From NCBI GenBank assembly GCA_044341675.1, contig JBIIRH010000001.1, positions 15,870 through 79,869 on the forward strand: a stretch of 64,000 nt of DNA, written 5' to 3'. The notes beneath the pieces are model-generated. The model was not told the DNA's origin. It saw only the letters and a program-made list of their open reading frames with translations, and made no database searches. Source of the DNA: Pontimonas sp. (GTDB taxonomy: Bacteria > Actinomycetota > Actinomycetes > Actinomycetales > Microbacteriaceae). The translations under genes and the position numbers were made by a program. Numbering within the stretch: the first letter of the stretch is position 1; each line of letters begins with the position of its first letter. Positions 51,976 through 63,183 of the stretch are shown here, in pieces.

Positions 51976-51984
51976 GCTTGCTGC

Positions 51985-52428
51985 GTGAACAGTGTCCTGA
52001 TTCTTAATGGCCCAAATTTGGGTCGTTTGGGGTCTCGTGAGCCTGAAATTTACGGCTCTTTGAGCCTTGCCGATATCGAGTCACGCCTCCGTACCGAAGC
52101 TCCAGACGGTGTCGCGCTGCGCTTCGAGCAGACGGACGATGAGGCGACGCTCATTGGCTTCCTCCACGAAGCACTGGATGCGCGCATGGGCGTGATCATC
52201 AATCCCGCAGCGTTCACTCACTACTCGTATGCCATCCGAGACGCATGTGCCATGGTGACAAGCGCTGGGCTTCCATTGATTGAGGTTCACCTGTCCAATC
52301 CCCACTCTCGCGAGGAGTTCCGGCACCGCTCTGTGATCTCCGGTGTTGCCACTGGTGTAATTCTGGGCTTCGGTGCTGATTCCTACACGCTGGCAATGAC
52401 CCAGATGATGACTCTCTTAGGAAGGTAG
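51985..52428 (+). CDS. aroQ: Type II 3-dehydroquinate dehydratase
   Basis: [39 protein letters not shown]. Confidence 0.96.
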   Translation: MNSVLILNGPNLGRLGSREPEIYGSLSLADIESRLRTEAPDGVALRFEQTDDEATLIGFLHEALDARMGVIINPAAFTHYSYAIRDACAMVTSAGLPLIEVHLSNPHSREEFRHRSVISGVATGVILGFGADSYTLAMTQMMTLLGR

Positions 52429-52432
52429 CCCC

Positions 52433-52999
52433 ATGGCCACGACGAACGATATTAAGAATGGCAGCGTGCTGAACCTCGACGGCCAGCTGTGGGCTGTGGT
52501 GGAGTTTCAGCACGTCAAGCCCGGTAAGGGTGGGGCTTTTGTGCGGACCAAGCTCAAGAATGTCCGCTCCGCCAAGGTCGTCGACAAGACCTTCAACGCG
52601 GGCACCAAGATCGACTTCGCCACTGTGGACCGTCGTGACTACACCTTCCTCTATGAGGATGGCAGCGACTTCGTGTTCATGGATCAGGCCAGTTACGAGC
52701 AAGTCAATGTCCCGAAAGTGGTAGTCGGGGACGCTGCGAACTTCTTGCTCTCCAACCAAGCAGCGACCATCGCCATGCACGAGGGCGAAGCGCTCTACAT
52801 CGACCTGCCTGCCTCGGTGACTCTGCTGATCACCTACAGCGAGCCAGGACTGCAGGGCGACCGCTCAACGGGTGGAACTAAGCCCGCCACACTGGAGACC
52901 GGATTCGAGATTCAGGTTCCCCTCTTCGTTGAGCAGGGCACCACGGTAAAGGTGGACACCAGAACCGGCGAGTACCTGGGCCGCGTGGCCGACGAGTGA
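52433..52999 (+). CDS. efp: Elongation factor P
   Basis: [35 protein letters not shown]. Confidence 0.97.
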   Translation: MATTNDIKNGSVLNLDGQLWAVVEFQHVKPGKGGAFVRTKLKNVRSAKVVDKTFNAGTKIDFATVDRRDYTFLYEDGSDFVFMDQASYEQVNVPKVVVGDAANFLLSNQAATIAMHEGEALYIDLPASVTLLITYSEPGLQGDRSTGGTKPATLETGFEIQVPLFVEQGTTVKVDTRTGEYLGRVADE

Positions 53000-53415
53000 G
53001 CGCCAGGCGCAAAGCGCGGCGCAGGGCACTCGACATTCTCTTTAGCGCGGACGTCGCCGAGGTTGACTTAGCGGATGCTCTGGTCGCTGCGACCGAGCAG
53101 GCCATCGGCGATCCACAGCGGGCTTCTAGCTGGGACTATGCCAGGCAGATTGTCAGCGGAGTGATCGAGCACCGCGACCAGATTGACACCTTGCTCTCTG
53201 GCACCAGCACGACTTGGCCACTAGATCGCATGCCTGGCGTCGATCGTGCACTGCTCAGGCTTGCCGCGTGGGAAATCCTCCACAACCCTGAGGTTCCCTC
53301 CGCCGTGGCGATTTCCGAGGCGGTAGCAATGGCTGGGGAGCTCAGCACAGAAGCATCGGGTGGTTTTGTGCACGGGATTCTTGCCTCTATCGCGCAGACA
53401 CACGCAACCTCCTAG
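52996..53415 (+). CDS. nusB: Transcription antitermination factor NusB
   Basis: [35 protein letters not shown]. Confidence 0.94.
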   Translation: MSARRKARRRALDILFSADVAEVDLADALVAATEQAIGDPQRASSWDYARQIVSGVIEHRDQIDTLLSGTSTTWPLDRMPGVDRALLRLAAWEILHNPEVPSAVAISEAVAMAGELSTEASGGFVHGILASIAQTHATS

Positions 53416-53454
53416 CGCGCCTGGCGCCAGGTGCGCTACAGTGATGACGTACGA

Positions 53455-53493
53455 CCTGCTTTAACCAGCGTCCTGTGAGGCGCGGAAGGAGGG
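53455..53493 (+). promoter_or_regulatory. PyrR-binding RNA leader overlapping the pyrR ribosome-binding site
   Basis: CTTTAA...GCGTC-CTGTGA-GGCGC...AAGG matches the PyrR-binding hairpin pattern; -10 TACAGT at 53437-53442. Confidence 0.8.
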
Positions 53494-53497
53494 CTCG

Positions 53498-54028
53498 ATG
53501 ACTGCGCGTGCAGTTCTCTCGGAGTCAGATATCGACCGAACTCTTCGGCGTATCGCTCACGAAATCATCGAGGCTTCTCCCGAGACTTCTGATCTTGTCC
53601 TCCTCGGTGTTCCCACCAGAGGCGTCGTCCTCGCGCATCGACTGGCCGCCTACATCTCAGACATAGCGGGCATTGCGGTTCCCGCGGGATCTCTCGATGT
53701 GACGATGTATCGCGACGATCTCTCGACCGGCGGGCACAGAACCCCAGCGCCGACGGAAGTTCCAGATGGCGGAATCGACGGCCGGGTTGTGGTCCTAGTT
53801 GACGATGTTCTCTACAGCGGGCGGACAGTGCGGGCCGCTCTCGACGCACTCACCGCAATCGGGCGGCCGCGCCTGGTGCGCCTTGCAGTCCTCGTTGACC
53901 GTGGCCACCGAGAGCTCCCGATCCGAGCCGACCATGTTGGAAAGAACCTCCCCACGCACCACGGTGAGCGCATCAGTGTGAAGTTGCGCGAGATCGATGG
54001 CGCCGAAGAAGTGCAGGTGGTCGAGTGA
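53498..54028 (+). CDS. pyrR: PyrR regulator / uracil phosphoribosyltransferase
   Basis: [38 protein letters not shown]. Confidence 0.96.
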   Translation: MTARAVLSESDIDRTLRRIAHEIIEASPETSDLVLLGVPTRGVVLAHRLAAYISDIAGIAVPAGSLDVTMYRDDLSTGGHRTPAPTEVPDGGIDGRVVVLVDDVLYSGRTVRAALDALTAIGRPRLVRLAVLVDRGHRELPIRADHVGKNLPTHHGERISVKLREIDGAEEVQVVE

Positions 54029-54963
54029 AACATTTGCTCTCCACCAGGGACCTCGATGTTGATCAGGCACTGACCCTCCTCGACACCGCAGAGGAATTCC
54101 AGTCGGTTGCAAACCGCCAGGTTCCCAAACTCCCGACTCTCCGGGGTGTCACGATGGTCAACCTGTTCTTCGAAGATTCGACCAGAACCCGGCTTTCCTT
54201 CGAGGCCGCTGCGCAGAGGCTCTCCGCGGACATCATGACCTTCCAGGTCCAGGGCTCGAGCGTCTCGAAAGGCGAGAGCCTCAAGGACACGGCCCAGACA
54301 CTGGAGGCGATGGGAGCCGACATCATTGTGATTCGCCACCCGGCATCGGGTGCCGCCGCAACCCTCGCCCACTCAGGTTGGGTGGGCTCCAGCATCATCA
54401 ACGCTGGCGATGGCGCGCACGAGCACCCCACCCAGGCGCTTCTCGACGCGATGACACTGCGCCAACGATTCCATTCTGAGCCAAGGGGAGAGCTACTCAC
54501 CGGACTGTCGGTTGTGATTGTGGGAGACATCGTCCACTCGCGCGTGGCACGCTCCAACGTCTTCCTTCTGACCACCCTCGGCGCCTCGGTCACACTTGTT
54601 GCCCCGCCCGCACTCATGCCCCAGAGGGTTGAGGACTGGCCGGTGGCACACACCCACGATCTTGATCACGCCATCGACGCCGGGCCGGATGCCGTCATGA
54701 TGTTGCGGGTCCAACGCGAGAGAATGGGCGATGGCTCTCTGATTAGCCATAAGGACTACGTGCGCAACTATTCGCTGAGTGTGGGTCGGGCCAACCGTCT
54801 TCCAGCTTCCAGCATCGTGATGCACCCGGGACCGATGAACCGAGGCGTCGAGATCGCCTCGCAGGTCGCCGACTCGTCACGCTCGGTGATCCTCGACCAG
54901 GTCCGAAATGGTGTGTCTGTGCGAATGGCTGCGCTCTATGAACTTCGGGGGAGCGAGGCATGA
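54025..54963 (+). CDS. pyrB: Aspartate carbamoyltransferase
   Basis: [37 protein letters not shown]. Confidence 0.97.
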   Translation: MKHLLSTRDLDVDQALTLLDTAEEFQSVANRQVPKLPTLRGVTMVNLFFEDSTRTRLSFEAAAQRLSADIMTFQVQGSSVSKGESLKDTAQTLEAMGADIIVIRHPASGAAATLAHSGWVGSSIINAGDGAHEHPTQALLDAMTLRQRFHSEPRGELLTGLSVVIVGDIVHSRVARSNVFLLTTLGASVTLVAPPALMPQRVEDWPVAHTHDLDHAIDAGPDAVMMLRVQRERMGDGSLISHKDYVRNYSLSVGRANRLPASSIVMHPGPMNRGVEIASQVADSSRSVILDQVRNGVSVRMAALYELRGSEA

Positions 54964-56270
54964 CGAGTTATCTGATTTCAGGCGCCGAGCTTGCCACTGG
55001 AGGCCGGGCCGATGTGGCTATTCGCGATGGACACTTCGTGGACCCCAAGGATGTGGTGGGCAAGAAGGGCACCGTTGCAGTGGACGCCAGTGGGCTTGTG
55101 GCACTGCCCGGCCTGGTCGACCTCCACACGCATCTGCGCCAGCCAGGCCTTGAACAAGCCGAGACCATACTGTCCGGCTCACAATCCGCTGCCCTCGGAG
55201 GGTTTACAGCAGTCCACGCCATGGCCAACACCGACCCTGTTGCTGACACTCCAGGCATCACCGATGCTGTTGCGAGAATGGGCCGTGAGGCCGGTTATGT
55301 GACGGTGCGTCCGGTGGGAGCGATTACCAAAAGCCTTGCCGGTGAAGAACTCTCGGCCATGGCAGCAATGGCTGCCGGCAGTGGCGCCGTTCGGGTTTTT
55401 TCCGACGATGGGAAATGTGTCCATGATTCGCTGGTCATGCGCCGCGCTCTCGAGCAGGCCAAGGCGTTGGGAGCCGTGGTTGCTCAGCATGCCCAGGATC
55501 CAAGACTCACTATCGATTCTCAGATGAACGAGGGGGCACTGTCCTCCCGGCTTGGTTTGACTGGCTGGCCGGGCGTTGCCGAGGAGAGCATTATCGCCAG
55601 GGATGTCCTCCTGGCGGAATATGTCGGCGCCAGGCTGCACGTCTGTCACCTCTCCACCGCTGGCTCTGTGGATGTCATCCGGTGGGCCAAGAAGCGGGGA
55701 ATTGCTGTCACAGCAGAGGTCACCCCCCATCACCTGCTTCTCACAGAGGACCTCGTTAGTGGCTTTGACCCTCTCTTCAAGGTCAATCCGCCACTGCGCA
55801 CCACCGAGGACACCATTGCCCTCCGAGAAGCCCTCGCGGAGGGAATCATCGACATCGTTGCCACAGACCACGCACCTCACCCCAGTGAGTCCAAGGAGTG
55901 CGCCTTTGGCGAGGCAGCCTTTGGAATGTTGGGCCTGGAAATGGCCCTACCGGTCGTGATTGAGACTCTGGTCAAGCCAGGGTTGATGGCCTGGTCTGAT
56001 GTGGCGCGAGTGCTCTCGAGTGCTCCTGCGACTATCGGGTCGCTCGCAGGTTACGACGCTCCGCTGGCGATTGGATCCCCGGCGCATCTCACTCTGGTGG
56101 ACCATTCGACGATGTCTCTGGGCCCCAGGGGGAGCCTGAGCTCGAATAACCCTTACCCAGATAACGCTCTGCCTGGTCGAGTGATGTTTACCTTCCACTA
56201 CGGCGTTGCCACTGTGATCGGCGGCGAGCTTGTTGAGGCCCACGTGGTGAGCGCGGGAGGGCCCCAATGA
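54960..56270 (+). CDS. pyrC: Dihydroorotase
   Basis: DLHTH, MANT, FSDDG, EVTPHH, KVNPPLR, ATDHAPH. Confidence 0.96.
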   Translation: MTSYLISGAELATGGRADVAIRDGHFVDPKDVVGKKGTVAVDASGLVALPGLVDLHTHLRQPGLEQAETILSGSQSAALGGFTAVHAMANTDPVADTPGITDAVARMGREAGYVTVRPVGAITKSLAGEELSAMAAMAAGSGAVRVFSDDGKCVHDSLVMRRALEQAKALGAVVAQHAQDPRLTIDSQMNEGALSSRLGLTGWPGVAEESIIARDVLLAEYVGARLHVCHLSTAGSVDVIRWAKKRGIAVTAEVTPHHLLLTEDLVSGFDPLFKVNPPLRTTEDTIALREALAEGIIDIVATDHAPHPSESKECAFGEAAFGMLGLEMALPVVIETLVKPGLMAWSDVARVLSSAPATIGSLAGYDAPLAIGSPAHLTLVDHSTMSLGPRGSLSSNNPYPDNALPGRVMFTFHYGVATVIGGELVEAHVVSAGGPQ

Positions 56271-56755
56271 CCCAAGAAATCGCCGGTTCGATGATGATTG
56301 CGCTGATGGTGTTGAGCCTGGGGCTCGCACTCTGGGGATGGCGCCGGCGAGTTGTCCGGTATCGGGGCGAGGCTGAAGCGCTTATGCGTGATGTCCCCGC
56401 AAGTGCGGCCGACTTTGTCATCGACGCCCTCTACGTGGCGACCACTGAAGCGGGGGACCCCCTGCAGAGAGTCGCCGCTGGGCCCCTAAGCTATCGGGCC
56501 AAAGCCCGCCTCGCTGTGCATTCGGAAGGTCTGGTTGTTCGGATTCCTGGTGAGGACGCTGTGGTATTCCCCGCAGAGGGACTCGAAGCAGGCAGAGCAA
56601 CGTGGACCATTGACCGAGTAGTCGAATCAGACGGTCTTGCGATGGTGCGCTGGAGACTTGCCGGTCGGGATGTGGATAGCTATTTCCGGATTGTCGATGG
56701 CGATGCAGGAATCTTTATTGATGCCCTCGGGCGTGTGGGGAGAGGAACCAAGTGA
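56267..56755 (+). CDS. Conserved membrane-anchored protein of the actinobacterial pyr operon
   Basis: N-terminal TM then GWRRR, LYVATT, LQRV; overlaps pyrC and carA by 4 bp each. Confidence 0.8.
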   Translation: MTQEIAGSMMIALMVLSLGLALWGWRRRVVRYRGEAEALMRDVPASAADFVIDALYVATTEAGDPLQRVAAGPLSYRAKARLAVHSEGLVVRIPGEDAVVFPAEGLEAGRATWTIDRVVESDGLAMVRWRLAGRDVDSYFRIVDGDAGIFIDALGRVGRGTK

Positions 56756-57903
56756 ACCAAGGTCGTGCAGTTCTCGTTCTAGAAGACGGTCACCGCTACG
56801 AAGGGAAGGCCTGGGGAGCCACAGGCGAGACGTTGGGTGAGGTGGTCTTTCAGACGGGAATGACGGGCTACCAAGAGACCCTCACCGACCCCAGTTACGC
56901 CGGTCAGATCGTTGTGATGACTGCCCCCCACATCGGCAACACGGGAATCAACGACGAGGACCCAGAGTCACGCCAAATTTGGGTCGAGGGGTTTGTGGTG
57001 AGGGACCCTGCGAGAAGGCCTTCGAATTTTCGCTCTGTCCGGAGCCTGGACGATGAGTTGGAAGCGCAGCAGATTGTCGGGATTTCCGGTGTGGACACGA
57101 GGGCCATCACGTTGGTTTTGCGCGAAGCGGGCGTCATGCGTGGGGGGATTTTTAGCGGGGAGGCCTATGCCCTCCCACCTGCCGAGCAGCTCTCCCGCGT
57201 GGTGAACCAGGAGTCAATGGCGGGGCGCAATCTCTCGACCCTGGTCAGCGTTGGCGAAGTGCGCGTGGTGGACCCTGTCGGGACACCACTGGGAAATCTT
57301 GCGGTGATCGACTTGGGCATCAAGGAGTCGACCGTCCACCACCTGGCGGCCAGAGGATTCCGGGTTCACGTCCTGCCCGCCGACTCAAGCTTCGCGGATG
57401 TCCAGGCGATTGATCCCGTTGCCTTGTTCTACTCCAATGGCCCCGGTGATCCTGCGGCCAGTGACGCGCAGGTTGGTCTCTTGCAGAGCGCCCTTCGATC
57501 GGGCTTGCCCTTCTTTGGAATCTGCTTTGGTAACCAACTCCTCGGTCGAGCGCTGGGGTTTCCCACCTACAAGCTCAAATACGGGCACCGAGGAATAAAC
57601 CAGCCGGTGGTGGACAAGGCCACCGGCCACATTGAAATTACGGCCCAGAACCACGGCTTCGCCGTTGACGCACCCCGCGAGGGCGTGGTGGAGTCGCCCG
57701 AGGGCTTTGGACGAGTCGAAGTCAGCCACATCAGCCTGAACGACCAAGTCGTTGAGGGCATCCGGGCACTCGATATCCCCGCGTTCTCAGTTCAGTATCA
57801 CCCCGAGGCCGCTGCTGGCCCCCACGACAGCACCTACCTCTTCGACCGGTTCAAAGACATGGTCGAAGCGCACATGACCCCCACTACCGGAAGCGCGGCC
57901 TAA
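56752..57903 (+). CDS. carA: Carbamoyl-phosphate synthase small chain
   Basis: [39 protein letters not shown]. Confidence 0.97.
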   Translation: MNQGRAVLVLEDGHRYEGKAWGATGETLGEVVFQTGMTGYQETLTDPSYAGQIVVMTAPHIGNTGINDEDPESRQIWVEGFVVRDPARRPSNFRSVRSLDDELEAQQIVGISGVDTRAITLVLREAGVMRGGIFSGEAYALPPAEQLSRVVNQESMAGRNLSTLVSVGEVRVVDPVGTPLGNLAVIDLGIKESTVHHLAARGFRVHVLPADSSFADVQAIDPVALFYSNGPGDPAASDAQVGLLQSALRSGLPFFGICFGNQLLGRALGFPTYKLKYGHRGINQPVVDKATGHIEITAQNHGFAVDAPREGVVESPEGFGRVEVSHISLNDQVVEGIRALDIPAFSVQYHPEAAAGPHDSTYLFDRFKDMVEAHMTPTTGSAA

Positions 57904-60900
57904 TGCCCAAGCGTTCAGACATCTCTAGCGTCCTCGTTATCGGATCGGGGCCGATTGTGATTGGCCAGGCTGCTGAATTCGACTACTCTGGCACGCAAGC
58001 CTGCCGCGTGCTGCGCGAAGAGGGTGTGCGGGTAATCCTCGTGAATTCCAACCCTGCGACGATTATGACGGACCCTGGTTTCGCAGACCAGACATACATC
58101 GAGCCCATCACCACTGCAGTGCTCGAAGCGATCATCAAGAAGGAACGGCCCGATGCGATCCTGCCGACGCTCGGTGGCCAAACCGCTCTCAATGCCGCCA
58201 TGGCGCTTCACAACGAGGGGATCCTTCAGAAGTACGACGTGGAACTGATTGGGGCCTCGTTCGAGGCCATCCAGCGCGGCGAAGATCGCCAGATTTTCAA
58301 GGATCTCGTGATTGAGGCGGGCGCTGACGTGGCAAAAAGCTATATCGCCACCACGGTGGAGAATGCGATCGAGTATGCCGAAGACCTTGGTTACCCCCTG
58401 GTCATTCGGCCGTCATTCACGATGGGTGGTCTTGGTTCGGGTTTCGCTCACAACCGTGATGAGCTGATTCGGATGGTCACCGACGGTCTCCATCAAAGCC
58501 CCACCACCGAGGTTCTGTTGGAAGAGTCGATTCTGGGGTGGAAAGAGTATGAGCTCGAACTCATGCGGGACGCGGCGGACAACACCGTGGTGGTCTGCTC
58601 CATTGAGAATGTCGACCCAGTAGGCGTCCACACGGGTGATTCGATCACAGTCGCACCGGCTCTAACCCTCACAGACCGTGAGTACCAGCGCCTCAGAGAC
58701 ATCGGGATCACGGTCATTCGTCTGGTCGGTGTTGATACTGGCGGGTGCAACATTCAGTTCGCGGTGAACCCCGAGACCGGGCGCATCATCGTGATTGAAA
58801 TGAACCCTCGAGTCTCCAGAAGCTCGGCTTTGGCCTCCAAGGCGACCGGCTTTCCGATTGCCAAGATCGCGGCGAAGCTGGCGCTGGGATATCGCCTCGA
58901 CGAGATACCCAACGACATCACGCGGGTCACACCGGCCTCCTTCGAGCCAACATTGGACTATGTCGTGGTGAAGGTGCCGCGCTTTGCGTTTGAGAAGTTC
59001 CCACTAGCTGATCGTCAGCTCACGACCACCATGAAGTCCGTTGGCGAAGCTATGGCCCTCGGGCGGAATTTCTCCCAGGCACTCAATAAGGCGCTTCGCT
59101 CTCTTGAACAGCGGGGGAGCTCGTTCCACTGGGGAACGCAGGGGCTTAACAAGAAGGAACTCATCGAGAAGGCGAAGATGCCCACCGATGGTCGGATCGT
59201 GACGGTTCAGCAGGCTCTGCGCGCCGGTGCAACGATCGAAGAGCTCTTCGACGCCACGGGCATCGACCCCTGGTTCCTCGATCAGATTGCACTAATCAAC
59301 GAGGTAGCCGAGGAGGTCGCCAAAGCGTCAGAGCTCGGCACGGACGTGCTGCTCTATGCAAAAGAGCACGGACTCAGTGACAGCCAGATTGCTGAGCTCA
59401 GGGGCTTGGTTGAGCACGAAGTGCGCGCCCAGCGCTACTCCGAGGGCATTCGCCCAGTCTTCAAAACCGTGGACACCTGTGCTGGCGAGTTCCCCGCGCT
59501 CACCCCTTACCACTACTCCAGCTACGACCTGGAGTCAGAGGTCACTGTGTCTGACCGTCAGAAGATCGTCATCTTGGGCTCTGGCCCGAACCGCATTGGC
59601 CAAGGCATTGAGTTCGATTACTCCTGTGTTCACGCGGCGTTTGCCCTGGCGGATGCCGGATACGAGACCATCATGATCAACTGCAACCCGGAGACGGTCT
59701 CGACCGACTACGACACCAGCGACCGGCTCTACTTCGAACCTTTGACGCTGGAGGATGTCCTTGAAGTCATCCACCAGGAGTCCTCCCGGGGCGAGTTGCT
59801 GGGCGTTCTCGTCCAACTGGGAGGCCAAACGGCATTGGGTCTAGCCCAGGGCCTCAAGGCCGCGGGTGTTCCTATTCTGGGAACAACGCCGGATGCTATT
59901 GATCTGGCAGAAGAGCGCGGGTCTTTCGCCCGTATTCTCGGCGAAGCGGGTCTTATCGCTCCGAAGAACGGCACGGCAACGACGCTCGAGGGGGCGAGGG
60001 CAATTGCTGCGGATATCGGTTTCCCGGTGCTGGTGCGACCAAGCTATGTGCTCGGTGGGCGAGGTATGGAAATCGTCTATGACCAGGAGAGCATGGTCGA
60101 CTACTTCCGCCGCATCAAGGAGTTCGCCATCGTCGGCGAGGACGCACCTCTGTTGGTGGACAGATTCCTCGACGATGCTGTGGAGATTGATGTTGATGCC
60201 ATCTATGACGGCAAGCGCCTCTATATCGGCGGGGTGATGGAACACATTGAAGAAGCAGGTATCCACTCGGGAGACTCAGCCTGCACCCTGCCACCAGTGA
60301 CGCTCGGCCGCACGATTGTCGACGAGGTGTGTGACGCTGTGGAGCTTCTGGCTAAGGGCATAGGCGTCCGGGGTCTAATCAACGTCCAGTTCGCAGTGGC
60401 GGCGGGGGTTCTCTATGTTCTTGAGGCGAACCCGCGAGCCAGTCGGACGGTCCCGTTCGTCTCCAAGGCACTGGGTATTCAACTGGCCCGTGCGGCAGCG
60501 CTGGTAATGGCTGGTTCTACTATCGATCAACTGATCGCCTCTGGGGAACTGCCCGAAAAAGATGGCCGCGTCGTTCCTCTCGATGCGCCCATTGCGGTGA
60601 AAGAGGCGGTTTTGCCCTTCAAGCGGTTCCGGACCCCTGCGGGAGAGATTGTCGATTCCATCCTGGGCCCAGAAATGCGCTCCACCGGCGAGGTCATGGG
60701 CATTGATACGACATTCCCCAGAGCTTTTGCCAAGAGCCAGGACGCCGCCTACGGCGGCTTGCCTCGCTCGGGCACAGTGTTCGTCTCGGTGGCGGATAAA
60801 GACAAGCGCAGTGTGGTCTTGCCGGTTCTGCGACTCAGTCAACTCGGCTTTTCGATTATCGCCACTGAGGGCACCGCGGAAACCCTTGCGCGATATGGCA

Positions 60901-61187
60901 TTGCCGCCCGCGTGGTCCGCAAACACACTGATGTTGACGGCGCGAATCAGGGGCCGAGCATCGTTGAGCTCATCGCAAAGGGCGAGATTGATATCGTCAT
61001 CAACACTCCACGGGGACGAAGCGCCCGTGCTGATGGTTACGAAATTCGGACAGCAACCGTGGCCGCTGACAAGGCGTTGTTCACCACCATCGCCCAGGTT
61101 GGTGCCGCTGTTGCCTCCCTCGAGGATCGTCCGGAGACACCGAGTGTGACAAGCCTCCAAGAGTATGCGGCGGCGAGGGCTCTCTGA
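57903..61187 (+). CDS. carB: Carbamoyl-phosphate synthase large chain
   Basis: [42 protein letters not shown], duplicated ATP-grasp, MGS domain. Confidence 0.98.
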   Translation: MPKRSDISSVLVIGSGPIVIGQAAEFDYSGTQACRVLREEGVRVILVNSNPATIMTDPGFADQTYIEPITTAVLEAIIKKERPDAILPTLGGQTALNAAMALHNEGILQKYDVELIGASFEAIQRGEDRQIFKDLVIEAGADVAKSYIATTVENAIEYAEDLGYPLVIRPSFTMGGLGSGFAHNRDELIRMVTDGLHQSPTTEVLLEESILGWKEYELELMRDAADNTVVVCSIENVDPVGVHTGDSITVAPALTLTDREYQRLRDIGITVIRLVGVDTGGCNIQFAVNPETGRIIVIEMNPRVSRSSALASKATGFPIAKIAAKLALGYRLDEIPNDITRVTPASFEPTLDYVVVKVPRFAFEKFPLADRQLTTTMKSVGEAMALGRNFSQALNKALRSLEQRGSSFHWGTQGLNKKELIEKAKMPTDGRIVTVQQALRAGATIEELFDATGIDPWFLDQIALINEVAEEVAKASELGTDVLLYAKEHGLSDSQIAELRGLVEHEVRAQRYSEGIRPVFKTVDTCAGEFPALTPYHYSSYDLESEVTVSDRQKIVILGSGPNRIGQGIEFDYSCVHAAFALADAGYETIMINCNPETVSTDYDTSDRLYFEPLTLEDVLEVIHQESSRGELLGVLVQLGGQTALGLAQGLKAAGVPILGTTPDAIDLAEERGSFARILGEAGLIAPKNGTATTLEGARAIAADIGFPVLVRPSYVLGGRGMEIVYDQESMVDYFRRIKEFAIVGEDAPLLVDRFLDDAVEIDVDAIYDGKRLYIGGVMEHIEEAGIHSGDSACTLPPVTLGRTIVDEVCDAVELLAKGIGVRGLINVQFAVAAGVLYVLEANPRASRTVPFVSKALGIQLARAAALVMAGSTIDQLIASGELPEKDGRVVPLDAPIAVKEAVLPFKRFRTPAGEIVDSILGPEMRSTGEVMGIDTTFPRAFAKSQDAAYGGLPRSGTVFVSVADKDKRSVVLPVLRLSQLGFSIIATEGTAETLARYGIAARVVRKHTDVDGANQGPSIVELIAKGEIDIVINTPRGRSARADGYEIRTATVAADKALFTTIAQVGAAVASLEDRPETPSVTSLQEYAAARAL

Positions 61188-62014
61188 TGTCCTATGCGAG
61201 CAGGCTCGAAGCCCTGACCGGCTCTGGTCCTGCGCTCTGCGTGGGAATTGATCCTCACCCCGCCCTTCTCGAGTCGTGGGGCTTCGGGGACACCACTGGT
61301 GGCCTCGAGAGCTGGTCGCGCCTCGTCGGCGAGATAGTGGAATCCTCCGGAGTTGAGGTGGTCAAGCCTCAGGTTGCTCTCTTTGAGCGCGCTGGAGTCG
61401 CCGGCATGAGTGTCCTGTCTGCTGTGTTGGGTTCTCTGCGTCAGGCCGGACTTCTGGTGATTGGTGATGCCAAGCGCGGTGACATTGGGTCCACAATGCA
61501 GGGCTACGCCGATGCCTGGTTGCGCCCAGGCTCTGATTTTGAGGTGGATGCCCTTACCGTGGTGCCCTACCAGGGTCTCGGCGCACTGGAGCCCGCGCTG
61601 GAGCGCGCGCATACCCACGACAAGGGCATCTTTGTTCTGGCAGCGACATCAAACCCCGAGGCTCGTGTGACGCAGAGCGCGCGACGCCATGACGGCCACA
61701 CCGTCGCAGGCGGGGTTGTGCATGACCTGCACGGGTGGGTTAGTGCCAAGGGCGCCAATCCGGAGAACTATGGCGTCGTGGTCGGTGCGACAGTAGACCT
61801 TGGCGCGCTCGGCGTTGAGCTTGGAGGGCATCCCGGTATGCCCGTTCTCGCGCCTGGTTATGGCGCTCAGGGAGCGGCACTCCGTTCCGCTCGTGGCGAT
61901 TTCCCTGGCACTCGCCACGTTATCCCTGTGGTCGCCAGATCGGTTCTCGAGGCGGGCCCTGATGGGTTTGCCCAGGCGATTGAACAAGCTCTCTCCGAGG
62001 TGGGCTCCGCGTGA
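61187..62014 (+). CDS. pyrF: Orotidine-5'-phosphate decarboxylase
   Basis: CVGIDP, KPQVALFE, DAKRGDIGST, ATSNPE, APGYGAQG. Confidence 0.95.
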   Translation: MSYASRLEALTGSGPALCVGIDPHPALLESWGFGDTTGGLESWSRLVGEIVESSGVEVVKPQVALFERAGVAGMSVLSAVLGSLRQAGLLVIGDAKRGDIGSTMQGYADAWLRPGSDFEVDALTVVPYQGLGALEPALERAHTHDKGIFVLAATSNPEARVTQSARRHDGHTVAGGVVHDLHGWVSAKGANPENYGVVVGATVDLGALGVELGGHPGMPVLAPGYGAQGAALRSARGDFPGTRHVIPVVARSVLEAGPDGFAQAIEQALSEVGSA

Positions 62015-62919
62015 CTGCGTTCGACGCAAAGGCTCTCTCAGCCAAGGGCGCCGCGCTGCGAAGCGCACGGGCCAAGCTGAAAGCAGAGATTTCGGCCGGT
62101 CGGCACCCGCTCATTGAACTCTTTGACAAAGCGGGGGAGACCGAGTGCGAACCGGTTCTTGCAGGCCTGCGGGTGGAGTGGTTTCTGCGCTCGATTCCAG
62201 GATTTGGTGTGACGAAGGCCGCGCGGCTACTCGAGCGCTTGGAGATCAACCCCCGAGCCACGCTCGGCGGTTTACGTGTTCGCCAGCGCTCTCTCCTGCG
62301 ACGGGAAGTCGTCGCGTTACATCGGCACTACTTCGCCCACTCGAGAGGCCAGCTCGTGGTCTTGGTGGGCCCTTCTGGGGTGGGCAAAGGCACAATCGTC
62401 TCCTGGATTACCGAGCACGACCCGCGGTTTGTCGTGAGCATCTCAGCAACAACGAGAGCGCCGCGGGCCGGTGAGAGCGAGGGCATTCACTACTTCTTCG
62501 TGACCGATCAACGCTTCGACCAATTGGTGAGAGATGGAGAGCTTCTTGAGTGGGCAAGCGTTCACGGCCAGCACAGATATGGAACACCCCGAGAAGCGGT
62601 CGAAGAGCAGATGGACGCGGGATTAAACGTCATTCTCGAGATAGACATTCAAGGCGCCAGGCAGGTCAAACGGGCGATGAAGAGCGCACTCAGTATCTTC
62701 GTTGCTCCTCCGAGTTTTGATGAGCTCGAGCGACGGTTGACTAGTCGTGGCACCGAGAATGATGCAGAGCGAGCTGTCCGGCTCGCTACTGCCCGGTCGG
62801 AGCTCGCGGCTTCGGGGGAGTGCGACCACACCGTTGTTAACGACCGCGTGGACGCTGTGGGCGAAAGCATCGTAGACTTAGTGATTGCGTCGACTTCGAC
62901 GGCGCCCAACAAGGAGTGA
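62011..62919 (+). CDS. gmk: Guanylate kinase with N-terminal mIHF (H2TH) domain
   Basis: Residues ~1-105 mIHF-like (ARAKLK...[12 protein letters not shown]...LEI...LGGLRVRQR); then [28 protein letters not shown]. Confidence 0.93.
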   Translation: MTAFDAKALSAKGAALRSARAKLKAEISAGRHPLIELFDKAGETECEPVLAGLRVEWFLRSIPGFGVTKAARLLERLEINPRATLGGLRVRQRSLLRREVVALHRHYFAHSRGQLVVLVGPSGVGKGTIVSWITEHDPRFVVSISATTRAPRAGESEGIHYFFVTDQRFDQLVRDGELLEWASVHGQHRYGTPREAVEEQMDAGLNVILEIDIQGARQVKRAMKSALSIFVAPPSFDELERRLTSRGTENDAERAVRLATARSELAASGECDHTVVNDRVDAVGESIVDLVIASTSTAPNKE

Positions 62920-62921
62920 GT

Positions 62922-63179
62922 ATGTCCCTGCACCGCGACGGAATCATTAGGCCCCCCATTGATGAACTGTTGACCACTGTGGACTCGAAGTACCAGCTGG
63001 TTATCTTTGCTTCGAAGCGTGCGCGCCAGATCAACGAGTACTACTCCGACCTCGGCGATGGCAACCTCTATGACCACGTCGGCCCCCTGGTGCCCTCGAC
63101 CATGGACGAGAAGTCCCTCAGCATTGCCCTTCGTGAAATCAACGAGGGCAAGCTCGTTCTCCACCGCGCGACTGCCTGA
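62922..63179 (+). CDS. rpoZ: RNA polymerase omega subunit
   Basis: [37 protein letters not shown]. Confidence 0.95.
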   Translation: MSLHRDGIIRPPIDELLTTVDSKYQLVIFASKRARQINEYYSDLGDGNLYDHVGPLVPSTMDEKSLSIALREINEGKLVLHRATA

Positions 63180-63183
63180 GCCC

